From Lama glama (lineage: Eukaryota), in the NCBI GenBank assembly GCA_028534125.1, contig CM052817.1, positions 98,024,001 to 98,088,000 on the forward strand: a stretch of 64,000 bases of DNA, in the 5' to 3' direction. The stretch's first letter is position 1; each line of letters begins with the position of its first letter. This document shows positions 13,377 to 23,890 of the stretch, piece by piece. The notes beneath the pieces were generated by a model, which saw only the letters and a list, made by a program, of their open reading frames with translations, was not told where the DNA came from and ran no database searches. The position numbers and the translations under genes are program-made.

Positions 13377-14010
13377 TGTGGTAAGTAGAATCATGAAGGA
13401 TACCCTGCCTCCCAAGACTTGCTATCCTAATTCTTGGGAACTGTGAATATGATATAACATTGTGCCCTGATTATGTTACATTATATGGTAAAAGGGATTT
13501 TGCAGATGTAATTAAGGTTACTGATGAGTTAACTTCAAGTTAATCACAAAGGGATTACTTGAGTGGGTCTAAGTTAAATATGTGAGCCCTTTAAATCAGA
13601 GAGTTTTTCCAGCTGGGAGTGGAAGAGGAAGAGAGATTCAATGTGAAAAGAAGTTGATGTGCCATTGCTGGCACTGGAAATAGAAGTGACCATGTGAGAA
13701 GAAACGCAGGTGACTTCTAGGAGCAGACAGCAGCCTCTGCCTGACAGCTCAAAAGGCTACAAGAACCTCAGACCTATGACCACAAAGATCTGCATTCTGT
13801 CAAAGACCCGAGTGAACTTGGAGCGATTCTTCCCTAAAGCTCCAGAGGAGAGCTCAGTCCAGGCAACACCTTGATGTCAAATTTGTGAGAGCCTGAGTAA
13901 AGAACCCAGTTGAGCCTACCTGGACTTCTGACCCAAAGAACTGTGAGATAATAAATGAGTATTGTTTTAAACCTCTGTGTTTCTGGTGATTTGTTACATA
14001 GCAATAGAAA
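13377..14010 (+). mobile_element. MaLR solo LTR, MLT1E-like, nested in L1
   Basis: 'tgtggtaagtagaat...aaagggattttgcagatgtaattaaggttact...gaactgtgagataataaatgagtattgttttaa...ttgttacatagcaatagaaa'. Confidence 0.85.
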
Positions 14011-14628
14011 GATATTTCAAGATATTTCTCTTTATTGTCAGTTTTCAGGAGTTGACTGTAATATACTTAAATGTGGTTTTCTTAGTATTTTCTTGTTTGA
14101 GGTTCACCAGACTTTTTGAACTATAAATTTATATTTTTCATAAAATTTGGGAAAGTTTCACCCATTATTTCTTTTTAAAAAAACTTCCCATCAAATTCTT
14201 CTCCTCTCCTTGGAGACTCCAGCTGAGTGTACACCAGGCTGCTTGACTTCTCACAGATCCTTAAGGCTCTTTTTTTTCTTTACTTTTTTCAGTCTTTTTC
14301 CTCTCTGTTTCTCAAATTTGATTATCTTTATTAATCTTCCTTCAAGTTTACTACTATTTCTTCTGCCATTTCTAATCTGAATTTTCATTTCAGATATTGT
14401 ACTTTGATATTGTAGAATTTCCTTTTGGCTTTTTAAAAAATGTGTTCCGTTTCTGTGCTAAAATTACGTATCTGTTCACTCATGTTCATCATTTTTCTTT
14501 AAGTCCTTACACATCTTTATTAAAGTTCTCATCTGCTAATTTCTGGGCCATTTTGTAGCCTGTTTACATTAACTACATTTTCTGATTGTGAGTCTCAGTT
14601 TTCTCCTTTTTCAGCTACATAGGATTTT

Positions 14629-15214
14629 TTTGTTTTTAAGATTTGTCCTTATACTGGACAATATGGACAATATAAAAAGTTACACACATTTAATGTATAC
14701 ATTTTGATGAATTTAGACATAGGCATACACCCATGATATCATCACCACAATCAAGGTACTAAATATATTCATCACCTACAAAAATTTAGTTGTGTTTTTG
14801 TGTTGTATGTGTGTGTGTGTCTGTGTTTGTGGTAATAACGTGATATCTATCCTCTTAATGTATTTTGAAGTCAAATACTGGTTTTTTAACTATTGGTACA
14901 GCATATTGCTAAAATTCATTCATCTTGCATAACTAAAACTTTATATCCATTAAATAACAATTCCTCATTTTCCCTCTTCCCACACCCCAACACAATGTCC
15001 ACTGACAGATGAATGTATAAACAAAATGTGTTATATACATACAGTAGAATAGTATTCAGCCTTCAAAAAGAAGGAAATCCTGGCATTTGTGACAAAATGG
15101 ATGAATCTAGAGGACAGTAGGCTCAATGAAATAAGCCAGTCACAGAAGGACAAATACTGCATCATTCCACTTGTATGAGGTACCTAAAATACTTGAATTC
15201 ATAGAAGCAGAGAA
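14629..15214 (-). mobile_element. 5'-truncated, 5'-inverted L1 (L1MA/MB-type 3' end), nested in L1
   Basis: Antisense 3' UTR at 14629-14990 is joined to a sense-strand ORF2-end/3' UTR segment at 14990-15214 ('aatgtccactgacagatgaatg...aaataagccagtcacagaaggacaaatactgc...catagaagcagag'). Confidence 0.8.
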
Positions 15215-15334
15215 TATGTAGTAATTTTAAAATTTTATCCTAGATACTATGAAAGATGCATTGGAAGGAGTATGGATTATGCTGCCACCTTAAAGAATGT
15301 CGAATTTTGTTCTGGCAGGCATTTAAATATAGCA

Positions 15335-15582
15335 GTATATGTATATGTAACTGTAACTATAATTAACAATATTATATCATATATTTGAAAGTTGCTAAGA
15401 GAGTAGATCTTGAAAGTTCTCTTTATAAGAAAGAAATGTGCAATATGTGAGGTGATGGATGTTAACTAAATTTGTTATAGTAATCATTTTGCAATGTATA
15501 CATCTATAAAATCATTGTATTGTACACTGTAAACTAATACAATGTTCTATGTCAATTATATCTCAATTAAATTGGAAAAAAT
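15335..15582 (+). mobile_element. L1MA9-like 3' terminal fragment
   Basis: 'atttgaaagttgctaagagagtagatcttgaaagttctc...tgtgaggtgatggatgttaact...tgtcaattatatctcaat'. Confidence 0.85.
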
Positions 15583-16195
15583 ACTTCTAAAAATAATTAC
15601 TGGATTATTTAGAGTCCCTCAGACTTGGCTTTATTATTTGTTAGGATGGGATTCTTTAGGTTTTGTTCTTAGTACTAGAGTGTGGTCTCTTTTCAAAGCT
15701 GTGTTTTTTACTCTTAAGACTTGGCCTTTTGGGGATCTAAAATGAATGACCAAGGAGCTCAGTGCGGTTTCTTCACTCTGACTGGGCTGCAGGGTCCAGT
15801 GTCTCCTAGACTTGCATGACCTCTGTTATCTGTCCTATTTATTTTACCTCAGCTGTCTTGCTCAATTCTCAGCCACATAGCAACTACTCTCTACTAGGTC
15901 TAAAGTTGTCTGGACTTGCACATGCACAGCCAAGCCTTGGGCCAAAGATGCACAGAGAAGCCCCAGGTGGATTTGGAACACCTTCTGCATGGTCTCCTAC
16001 ATCCTGGTACCGTGCTGCTCACACTTCAGATACTTCAGTAGCTCTGTACTCTGACCTTTGCCTCACCCTCCTTACCTTGGACTTCCCCTCCAAAAACTGT
16101 CCTCAGGAAAAAAGCCAAGACAGATGTGGGGCTTGAGTCCTATACTTTGCTTTTGTAAAGGATTACAGTCCTGGGCTGCTTATTATCCAATCCCT

Positions 16196-16235
16196 AAAAA
16201 AAAAAAAAAGAAAAAAAAGAAAAAAAAGAAAAAAA
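16196..16235 (+). repeat. Poly(A) / (A8G)n tract
   Basis: 40-nt A run with G at 16210, 16219 and 16228. Confidence 0.95.
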
Positions 16236-16479
16236 TTCATATAGCCCTTCCAGTTTCACAGTTGTTTGTGGTGAGAAGTCAAGTCTGGTACCAGTTATTA
16301 AGTCACAGCGGGAGGCAAGAGTAGTCCTTCTTGTTCACATGATCTTTGATGTCCTCTCAGAATTGTGCCTCTATTTCCTCTATGAACTAGGAGTGTCCAA
16401 ACTGTAGGTCTTGGAATTGCAGAGTCATTCGAAGGAATCTATAAATGTTATCTAGTGACTGAATGAATAAAATTTACTA

Positions 16480-16680
16480 CCCTGCTTGCCAGCCTTCTCC
16501 ACTGTGAAGTTACTCTTTTCCCTCTTTTTCACACTGTACTCTTCGGAGGAAGTCACTATGCAAGCAATGTAGTGTGGAGTCCCCTCATTAGAGGCAGTAG
16601 AGCTGTATGAATTATTTGGAATTCTCCTACATGGGGGATTTGTCTTTTCTTCCCCATTTATTGCTGACCCAATCATTGGT
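16480..16680 (-). mobile_element. L1MC/MD-like 3' UTR fragment
   Basis: 'ttctccactgtgaagttactcttttccc...ggaagtcactatgca...aattatttggaattctcctacatgggggatttgtc'. Confidence 0.7.
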
Positions 16681-16754
16681 GCTCAGTTAGGAACTGATTA
16701 TTTCTGTTTGAAAGGCATGTGATAAAGACAAAGGGGCATTAGGCACGTACTCAT

Positions 16755-16900
16755 GTGTTGGGTTTGAGCCCTAACTCTCCCATGTGATTGTTCTGTAGCT
16801 TATGTGATTTCTTGCATGCCATTCATGCTCCATTTCTTCATATGTGAAGTAGAGATAATAATATTTGCTTCATATATTATAAAGTTAAGGAAGAAATGGG
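16755..16900 (+). mobile_element. MIR SINE (degenerate)
   Basis: 'gggtttgagccct' B-box-like start and core 'ctccatttcttcatatgtgaagtagagataataata'. Confidence 0.6.
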
Positions 16901-17723
16901 GAAAAGACCTTTAAAAATTTTTACATTTTTGTCTTCTTGCATCCCCTCGAGATAAAGAAGTGGGGTGGTTTAAAGAAATGGTATCTGAAAGGCAATAGTG
17001 ATAGCTATGTATGAGAAAATATTCAGATAAAGAATAACAGATTAAGAGATGTATGTATGTGTGTGGGTGTGTGTGGATGTGTGGGTGACGTCTGTAACAA
17101 ACAGTTATACTGTTAGAAAAATCTAGATCATTTATTCAATTTTTACTCTTCAGATTTTTGGCATTATTCACAGTTGAAGCCAGACAGATAATTAGTCCCC
17201 TTCCTTCATTTAGTATCAACCGTAAACTTGAAAATTAATTAATAAATTATTAATTTATCTCTCAGCCCTGTCATCTCTAAGATAAAGCAAGTACCACTTC
17301 TTTTAACCTTTCACCATCTACTATATTGAAATTTTTATTAAATATTCCTAAAACATATCCAAACATCCAAATTCTATAAATACCTCTACTTATTTGCAGT
17401 CTGAAATTAACATATTTTTCTCATAGGAGTCTAACAGAAAGAAGATGTGTTCACTGAGAATGGTATATATAATTGAGATTTACAAAGATTGTCAGCAACT
17501 GAAATAAATTATATTCTGAGAAGAGTTAGAGAATTATCATCCCAACATTGTGGATCTACCTGTTTTGATTAAAATATAAAATGAGACAAGAAATTAAGAT
17601 GTTGTAAATTTCCCCTTTGAAGGACAATAAAATGTTTTGAACAATTACAGCCCAGTGGGTTATCCTGGTAAAGAAGAGAAAGACACAGGACTAAGAGATA
17701 AAGAGAATATTTTTCCCTTTGAC

Positions 17724-18433
17724 CAGGGCAAAGGAGGCCCCTGCCTTAGGCGTCCATATTTTATAAGCTGCCACCTCTTGGCCCTCCTCTGTCCATACCG
17801 CACTATGACAAGGAGTCTAGGGAGCCAATAGAATGCGCCTCGCCAGAGGCAACACCACCCCACCCGCCAGCATCACTAGACCAGATTCTGGTTAGCTGGG
17901 ATTGTGAGCTACAATGAGCAACTGTTCTGAGTCAGCTTCCTCCACCTGAGCAGGTCTCTTGCCTGGGTCTATGAGCCCAAAGGCAGACTCCATCTCTGGA
18001 AAGTGCTCCCCTAGGCCTTAGAGTTGCTCAAGAGTATAGAAAGAATGCAGATGGGGCTCAGACATGCTGAATGTGCAGACTGGGTTGTCCAGAGGTATGC
18101 CTGTGAGGCCTCTAATGATGTGGGATGGAGCCGGGAATGAAAAAAGTGGTGCTGGCTGCAGCCCAGGGGCTGCATGCTACAGGCTAGCTCTCTTCAAATG
18201 CTCCGACGAGTCTAAGAACTGAAAACTTCATTCATAGCGAACATTTCAGGTTATGATGGGTATGTTTGTCAAAGTAGAATTATAGAACATATTTTATTTA
18301 ACAATTTTTGAGCTTGATTAATAACTTATTAATCAAGTTTTCAAGATGATGAATGTTTTAGTGTTTAGACATATTTCATGTAGTTTCCACTGGTACTTTT
18401 GCCTTGAGTCCAGAATATCTTAGGGACAGCCTG
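17724..18433 (-). mobile_element. hAT-Tip100 DNA transposon relic, Arthur1-like
   Basis: Reverse complement starts 'caggctgtccctaag...' and contains 'atatgtctaaa...aatcaagct...tgttaaataaaatatgttctat...tttgacaaacatacc', matching my recollection of the Arthur1 terminus; left boundary uncertain. Confidence 0.65.
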
Positions 18434-18534
18434 GAAGTGACCTAAGCTTTATTTCTGGTCCTTTCACCAACCAGCATAAGCTTAAACAAATGACTGAAAA
18501 TCTTTGGGTTCCACTTTTTATATTTGTAAAAGAA

Positions 18535-18685
18535 AGTGGATGATTTCATTTGAATACTATTTCTATCACTTATTAACTGTGTAACTTTGAGCACGTTGTA
18601 CAAAACTCTGGGTCTCAGTCTTTTCATCCATCAGATTTAAGGTTTAGATTAGGCAACTATATGATCTATTTTCATTCTACTCTAG
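18535..18685 (+). mobile_element. MIR/MIR3 SINE
   Basis: 'cacttattaactgtgtaactttgagcacgttg...ctctgggtctcagtcttttcatc'. Confidence 0.7.
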
Positions 18686-20167
18686 GAAGACTTAATTTTT
18701 ATTAGACATTTATTAGACATTAGACAATTTTTATGTAGATATTTTGTTGAAAGAAGGAAGCATATTAGAATAATAGCTAAAATTGATAAAAGTGAATCCG
18801 TATAAAATCTAGTTACTTCTTCCCTGCAGTGCCCTCTTTGCTGGTTTATCATTACCTGATAGCTCAGTTTTGTTTTAACTTAAGTTAAAATTACAATTGA
18901 AAAATGTGACTCAAGGTCAAAAATCAATTAAATGGAAATTAGAGTTATTTGTTTTAAAAACTCAGGGAATATTTTATATCATGAATCTGTTAGGTGACAG
19001 TTAATAGGGATTAATCAGCAACCTGCTTTCTCTTTGGTCATGACTCCAGTCTGCTCAGGACAGGAGTGTTGATAAGGACAGAATTATGGGCCATTTCCTT
19101 GGAGCAGTGCACTTGGAGAGCTTTGGATAAAAAGCCTCTCTGAGTGCAAAGTGGAGCCCTTGTTGTTATGTAGAAAAATCAGATTAATTGTCTCAATTCA
19201 TGTCGTGGAGCACAAAGGGCATCCTGTGGTCAGTCACATCAATCCTACCCTGCCCTTTATTATACATCGATTACCTGCAAGGCAAAGGTTGATGTGCTAC
19301 CTTTTGTTTTATAAGGCAAGAGGACAGCCACTGATATTTTCTGGGCTATGCAATGGGCTGCAAATTCTGGAGCTGTGCGTTCTGCCTCTAGTTTTCTCTA
19401 GAACCATTAGAGAGCCTAAGAAAATCACAGAATTTAGTCTCAAAGGGTTAAGCTAATTGGAGCAGTAATTACTAGGGGGAGAAACAGGAAAAGTATTCCA
19501 ACTGCAGCCACAGAAACCACAGGGACAGATCATGGAAAAATCTTACCTCCTCAGACTTTGTGTTTTCAAACTATTGATGCCAACTTCAGATTTTCTCTCT
19601 TCCTTTTATTTCAGCTGTAAAATTAGCTTTCACTTCCACTTCACTGAAATATTGTGATGCGTAAGAATGATTAACAACTCTGAAGCAACTTAAAAGGCTC
19701 ACATGCAGACTCACTTGCCCCAGCACCGGTTACAATAGGGGCAGTTTGAAGAGTGCCTGGATCATGTGTGAAGGAGATTTGGTTGCTACCTTGGGGCTTC
19801 TGTTGGAGAGGCAGGGACAAGCTGGGACTCTCTGTAGGGACAGATGCGCTGTGGGTGCCATCTCTGAGTTCTTTTTCTGCCTTGCTAGTGCTGGCACTGG
19901 CTGCATCATTTTGGCCCTCTCCCTTTAAGCTGCTAGTGGCAGTGGGGGCTCCCCACCTCCCCTGCACCACAGCCACGGCCCCACCATGGCAGGCAGTCAC
20001 GCACAGCTCACACAGGGGAAACCTCTTGAGTGCCTGGCTCTGGCAGCCAGCAGGGATAGCATTTCTGGACCTCACAGTTTATCTGCTACACAAGGTCACT
20101 CCTTCAAGACTGGAAGAGGTAGCTGTTTCACCTAATAAATAAGAACAAACCCAGAGAGACAAACAAA

Positions 20168-21067
20168 ATGAGGAGACATAAAAATATGTTCCAAATTCAA
20201 GAAAAAGATATAAAACCTCAGAAAACAACCTTAATGAAACAGAGATAAGTAATCTACCTAATACAGAGTTCAGAACAATAGCCATAAAGATTCTCACCAA
20301 ACTCAGAAGAACGGATGAAAACAGTGAGAACTTCCACAAAAAGATGGAAAATATTTGAAAGTGCCAAACAGATCACAGAATTGAAGAATACAACAGCTGA
20401 ACTGAAAAATACAGTATAGGGGATCAACAGCACACTAGATGAAGTGAAGAGCTGGACCAGCAACCTGGAAGATAGGGCAGTAGAAATAACCCAAACAGAG
20501 CAGCAAAAAGAAAACAAAAAAAGAATATTAAAAAATGAAGATAGCTTAAGGGACCCATGTAATAACATCAAGCAGAATGACATCCACTCCATAGGGGTCC
20601 CAGAAAGAGAGAAAAGGACAAAAAAAAATTTTTTTGAAGAGATAATGGCCGAAAATGTTCCTAATCTGAGGAGGGAAACAGACATCCAGGCCCAATAAAC
20701 ACAGAGTTCCAAATAATTCCAAGTAATTCCAAACCCTAAGAGAGACACATCAAGACACATTATAATTAAAATGTCAAAAGTTTAAGAAAAAAATAGAGAA
20801 TCTTAAAAACCTTGTTACACGCAAGGGTGCCTCCACAAGACTATCAGCTGATTTTCAGCAGAAACTTTACAGGCCAGAAGAGTGTGAATGAAATAATCAA
20901 AGGACTGGAAGATAAAAAAATAAAAACTTCCAACCAAGAAAACTCTATCGCACAAGTTTATCATTCAGATGGAAGGAGAGATTAAGAGTTTTCCAGATAA
21001 GCAGAGGCTAAAGGAATTTGTCACCACTAAACAGACACTACAAGAAATGTTAAAGGGATTTCTTTAA
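20168..21067 (+). pseudogene. Disrupted L1 ORF1p remnant
   Basis: Starts MRRHKNMFQ; ORF track 20444-20698 reads 'LEDRAVEITQTEQQKE...KNEDSLRD...IGVPERE...FEEIMAENVPNL'; ends LKGFL*; multiple stops and frameshifts. Confidence 0.9.
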
Positions 21068-21562
21068 GCTAAAGAGAAAAAGCACTAAGTAGTAACAAGA
21101 AAGCATACAAAATTAAAAATCTCACTGGTAAAGGCAAATATATAGTCATGCTAGGGCATTAACCACTTACAAAGCTGGTATGAAGGTTAAAATAAAAAGC
21201 AGCAAAATTAACTATAACTATAATAATTAGTTAAAGGACACACAAAATATAAAGTATGACATCAAAAACATAACAGGTGGGGGGTGGGTAAAAACGGAGA
21301 ATTTTAAAATGTGTTCAAACTTCAGTTGCTATCAAATTACTCTAGACTGTTATAGATATATAAGCTCTTATATGAAAACCTCCTGATAACAACAAAACAA
21401 AAATCTGTAGTAAATACACAGAAGACAATAAGAAAAGAATATAAACATAACACTAAAAAAGTCACCAAACCACAGAGGAAGAGAGCAAGAGAAGAAGAAA
21501 GGAACAGACAGCAACTATAAAAAAGGCCAGAAAATAATTAACAAAATGGCAATTAAAAAAAA

Positions 21563-23890
21563 ATGGCAGTAAGTACCTTCCTATTAATGATTACTTTGAA
21601 TTTAAATGAACTAAACTCTACAACAAAAAGACACAGAACAGCTGAATGGATTAATAAACAAAACAAAACAGAACAAGAACTCTCTATGTTGCCTACGAAA
21701 GATTCACTTCAGATCTAAGGACATGCACAAATTAAAAGTGAAGGGGAAAAGATATTCTATGCAAATTGATATAAAAATAAATCTCATCCATACTTGTATC
21801 AGACAAAATAGACCTCAAAACAAATACTGTCCTAAAGGCAAGAAAAAGGCATAAAATAATAATAGAGGATTCAATCCAACAGGAGGCTATAATATTTGTA
21901 AGTATTTATGCACTCAACATAGAAGCACCTAAATCTATAAAGCAAATACTGACAGGGTGAAATTAACAGCAATATAGTAATAGAAGAGGACATCAGTACC
22001 CTACTTACACCAACAGATGGATCATCCAAACTGGAAAACAATTAGAAAAAAATCAGCCTTAAAGGACACATTAGACCAGAGAGATGTAATAGGTACTTAT
22101 AAAACCTTCTATCTAAAGGTAGTAGAATACACATTCTTCTCAACTGCACATGGAACATTTTCCAGAATAAATCATATGCTAGATCACAAAGCAAGTCTCA
22201 ACAAATTTAAGAAGATTGAATCATATCAAGCATATTTTCCAACCACAAAGATATGAAACTATGAATCAATTACAGGAAGAAAACTGGGAAAAACACAAAT
22301 ATGTGGAGATCAAGTAACATGCTACTTAACAACCAAAACATCAACAAGAAATCAAAGGAGAACTCAAGAAACATCTTGAGAGAAATGAAAATGTAAATAC
22401 AGCATACTAAAATCTATGGGATGCAGCAAACACAATTTTGAGAGAAGTTTATAATAATAAATGCTTACCTCAATCAACAGGGAAGACATTTTTTAAAAAT
22501 CTAACTAACTTTAAAAATCTAACTTTTATACCTAAAAGAAGTAAGAAAAAACAATGCTCCAAATCAGCAGAAGAAATAATAAACACAGAGTATATATAAT
22601 GAAATAGAGACTGAAAAGACAATAGAAAAGATCAATGAATCTAAGAGCTGGTTCTTTTAAAAGATAAATAAAATTGACAAAACTTTAGCTAGACTTGCCA
22701 AAAGAGAGGAAGAGAAAGAGGGAGAGAGAGAGGGCTCAAATATATAACATCAGAATTGAGAGTAGTTACAATTGATACCACAGAAACGCAAAGAATCGAA
22801 ACTGATTACTGTGAACACCAACACAACAACAAATTGGACAACTTAGAAGAAATTGGCCAATTCCTAGAAATATGTAGTCTCCAAAATTAAATCAGGAAGA
22901 AATAGAAAATCTAAATAGACCAATTACTAGTAAAGAAATTTAATCAGTAGTCAAAAAACTCTCAACAAACCAAAGTCTAGAAAGAACCAGATAGCTTCAC
23001 TGATGAATTCTACCAAAGTTTAAAAGAAAAATACCTATTCTTCTCAACATCTTACCAAAAATTGAAGAGGAAGGGCCACTTCCAAATTCATTTTATGAGA
23101 CCAGCATTATCCTGATACCAAAACCAGACAAGAATAACACACACACATACACAAATATTACAGGCAAATACCCCTGATGAACATAGATTCAAAATCCTCA
23201 ACAACACATTTAACAACAAATTAAAAGGATCATATACCATAATCAAGTAGGATTTATTCCAGGGGTGCAAAGGTGGTTTGACATCCACAAATCAATCAGT
23301 GTGACATACTACATTAGCACAATGAAGAATAAAAAAACACATGATCATCTTGATAGATACAGAAAAAAAAATCTTTTGACAAAATTCAACACCCATTTAT
23401 GATAGAAGTATCAACAAAGTGGATTTAGAGGGAACATATTTGTACCTATATAGGCCACATATGACAAACCCACAACTAACATAATCAACTGTGAAAATCT
23501 GAAAGACAAGAAATGACAAGTGTTAGAGAGGATGTGGACAAAAGGGAACCCTCGTACACTGTTGGTCAGAATGCAAATTGGTGCAACCAATGTGGAAAAC
23601 AATATGAAGGTTTCCCCTAAAATTAAAGATAAAACTACCATATGATCCATGTGATCTAGCTGTACCAACTCTGGGTATTTATCCAAAGAAAACAAAAATA
23701 CTAATTCAAAAAGATATATGCACTCCAATGTTCACTGCAGTATTAATTACCATAAGCCAAGTTATGGAAACAGCTTTAATGTCCATCAATGGATGAATGG
23801 ATAAAGAAGATACTGTGTATCACACACAGTGGAATCCTGCTCAACCGTAAAAAAGGAAATCTCGTCATTGTGGCAACATGGATGGAGATA
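21563..23890 (+). pseudogene. Disrupted L1 ORF2p remnant (endonuclease, partial RT, C-terminus)
   Basis: Starts MAVSTFLLMITLNLNELNSTTKRHRTAEWI; ORF 22017-22256 reads 'EYTFFSTAHGTFSRINHMLDHKASLNKFKKIE' (EN domain); RT sequence jumps to the C-terminal region at ~23505. Confidence 0.9.

Larger units (their letters stand above)
8960..16325 (-). mobile_element. Ancient near-full-length L1 (L1ME-like): 3' UTR, ORF2, ORF1 and 5' UTR remnants with nested insertions
   Basis: 3' UTR motifs at 9180-9420 ('tggtgtctggcttctttt', 'ttgggttgtttccagtttggggctattacaaataaag'); antisense ORF 9631-9813 reads 'FLKWAKDLRHFTKEDIQM' (L1 ORF2 C-terminal region); ORF1-type sequence at ~13050-14600; 5'-end motif at 16270-16325. 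Confidence 0.8.

Noticed and set aside
16058..16324. ORF with a poly-lysine run
   Set aside because: Translation of the poly(A) tract inside an old L1 5' UTR.
19671..20760. Several 130-170 aa ORFs on both strands
   Set aside because: They lie within the GC-rich L1 5' UTR or are antisense reads of L1 ORF1; not host genes.
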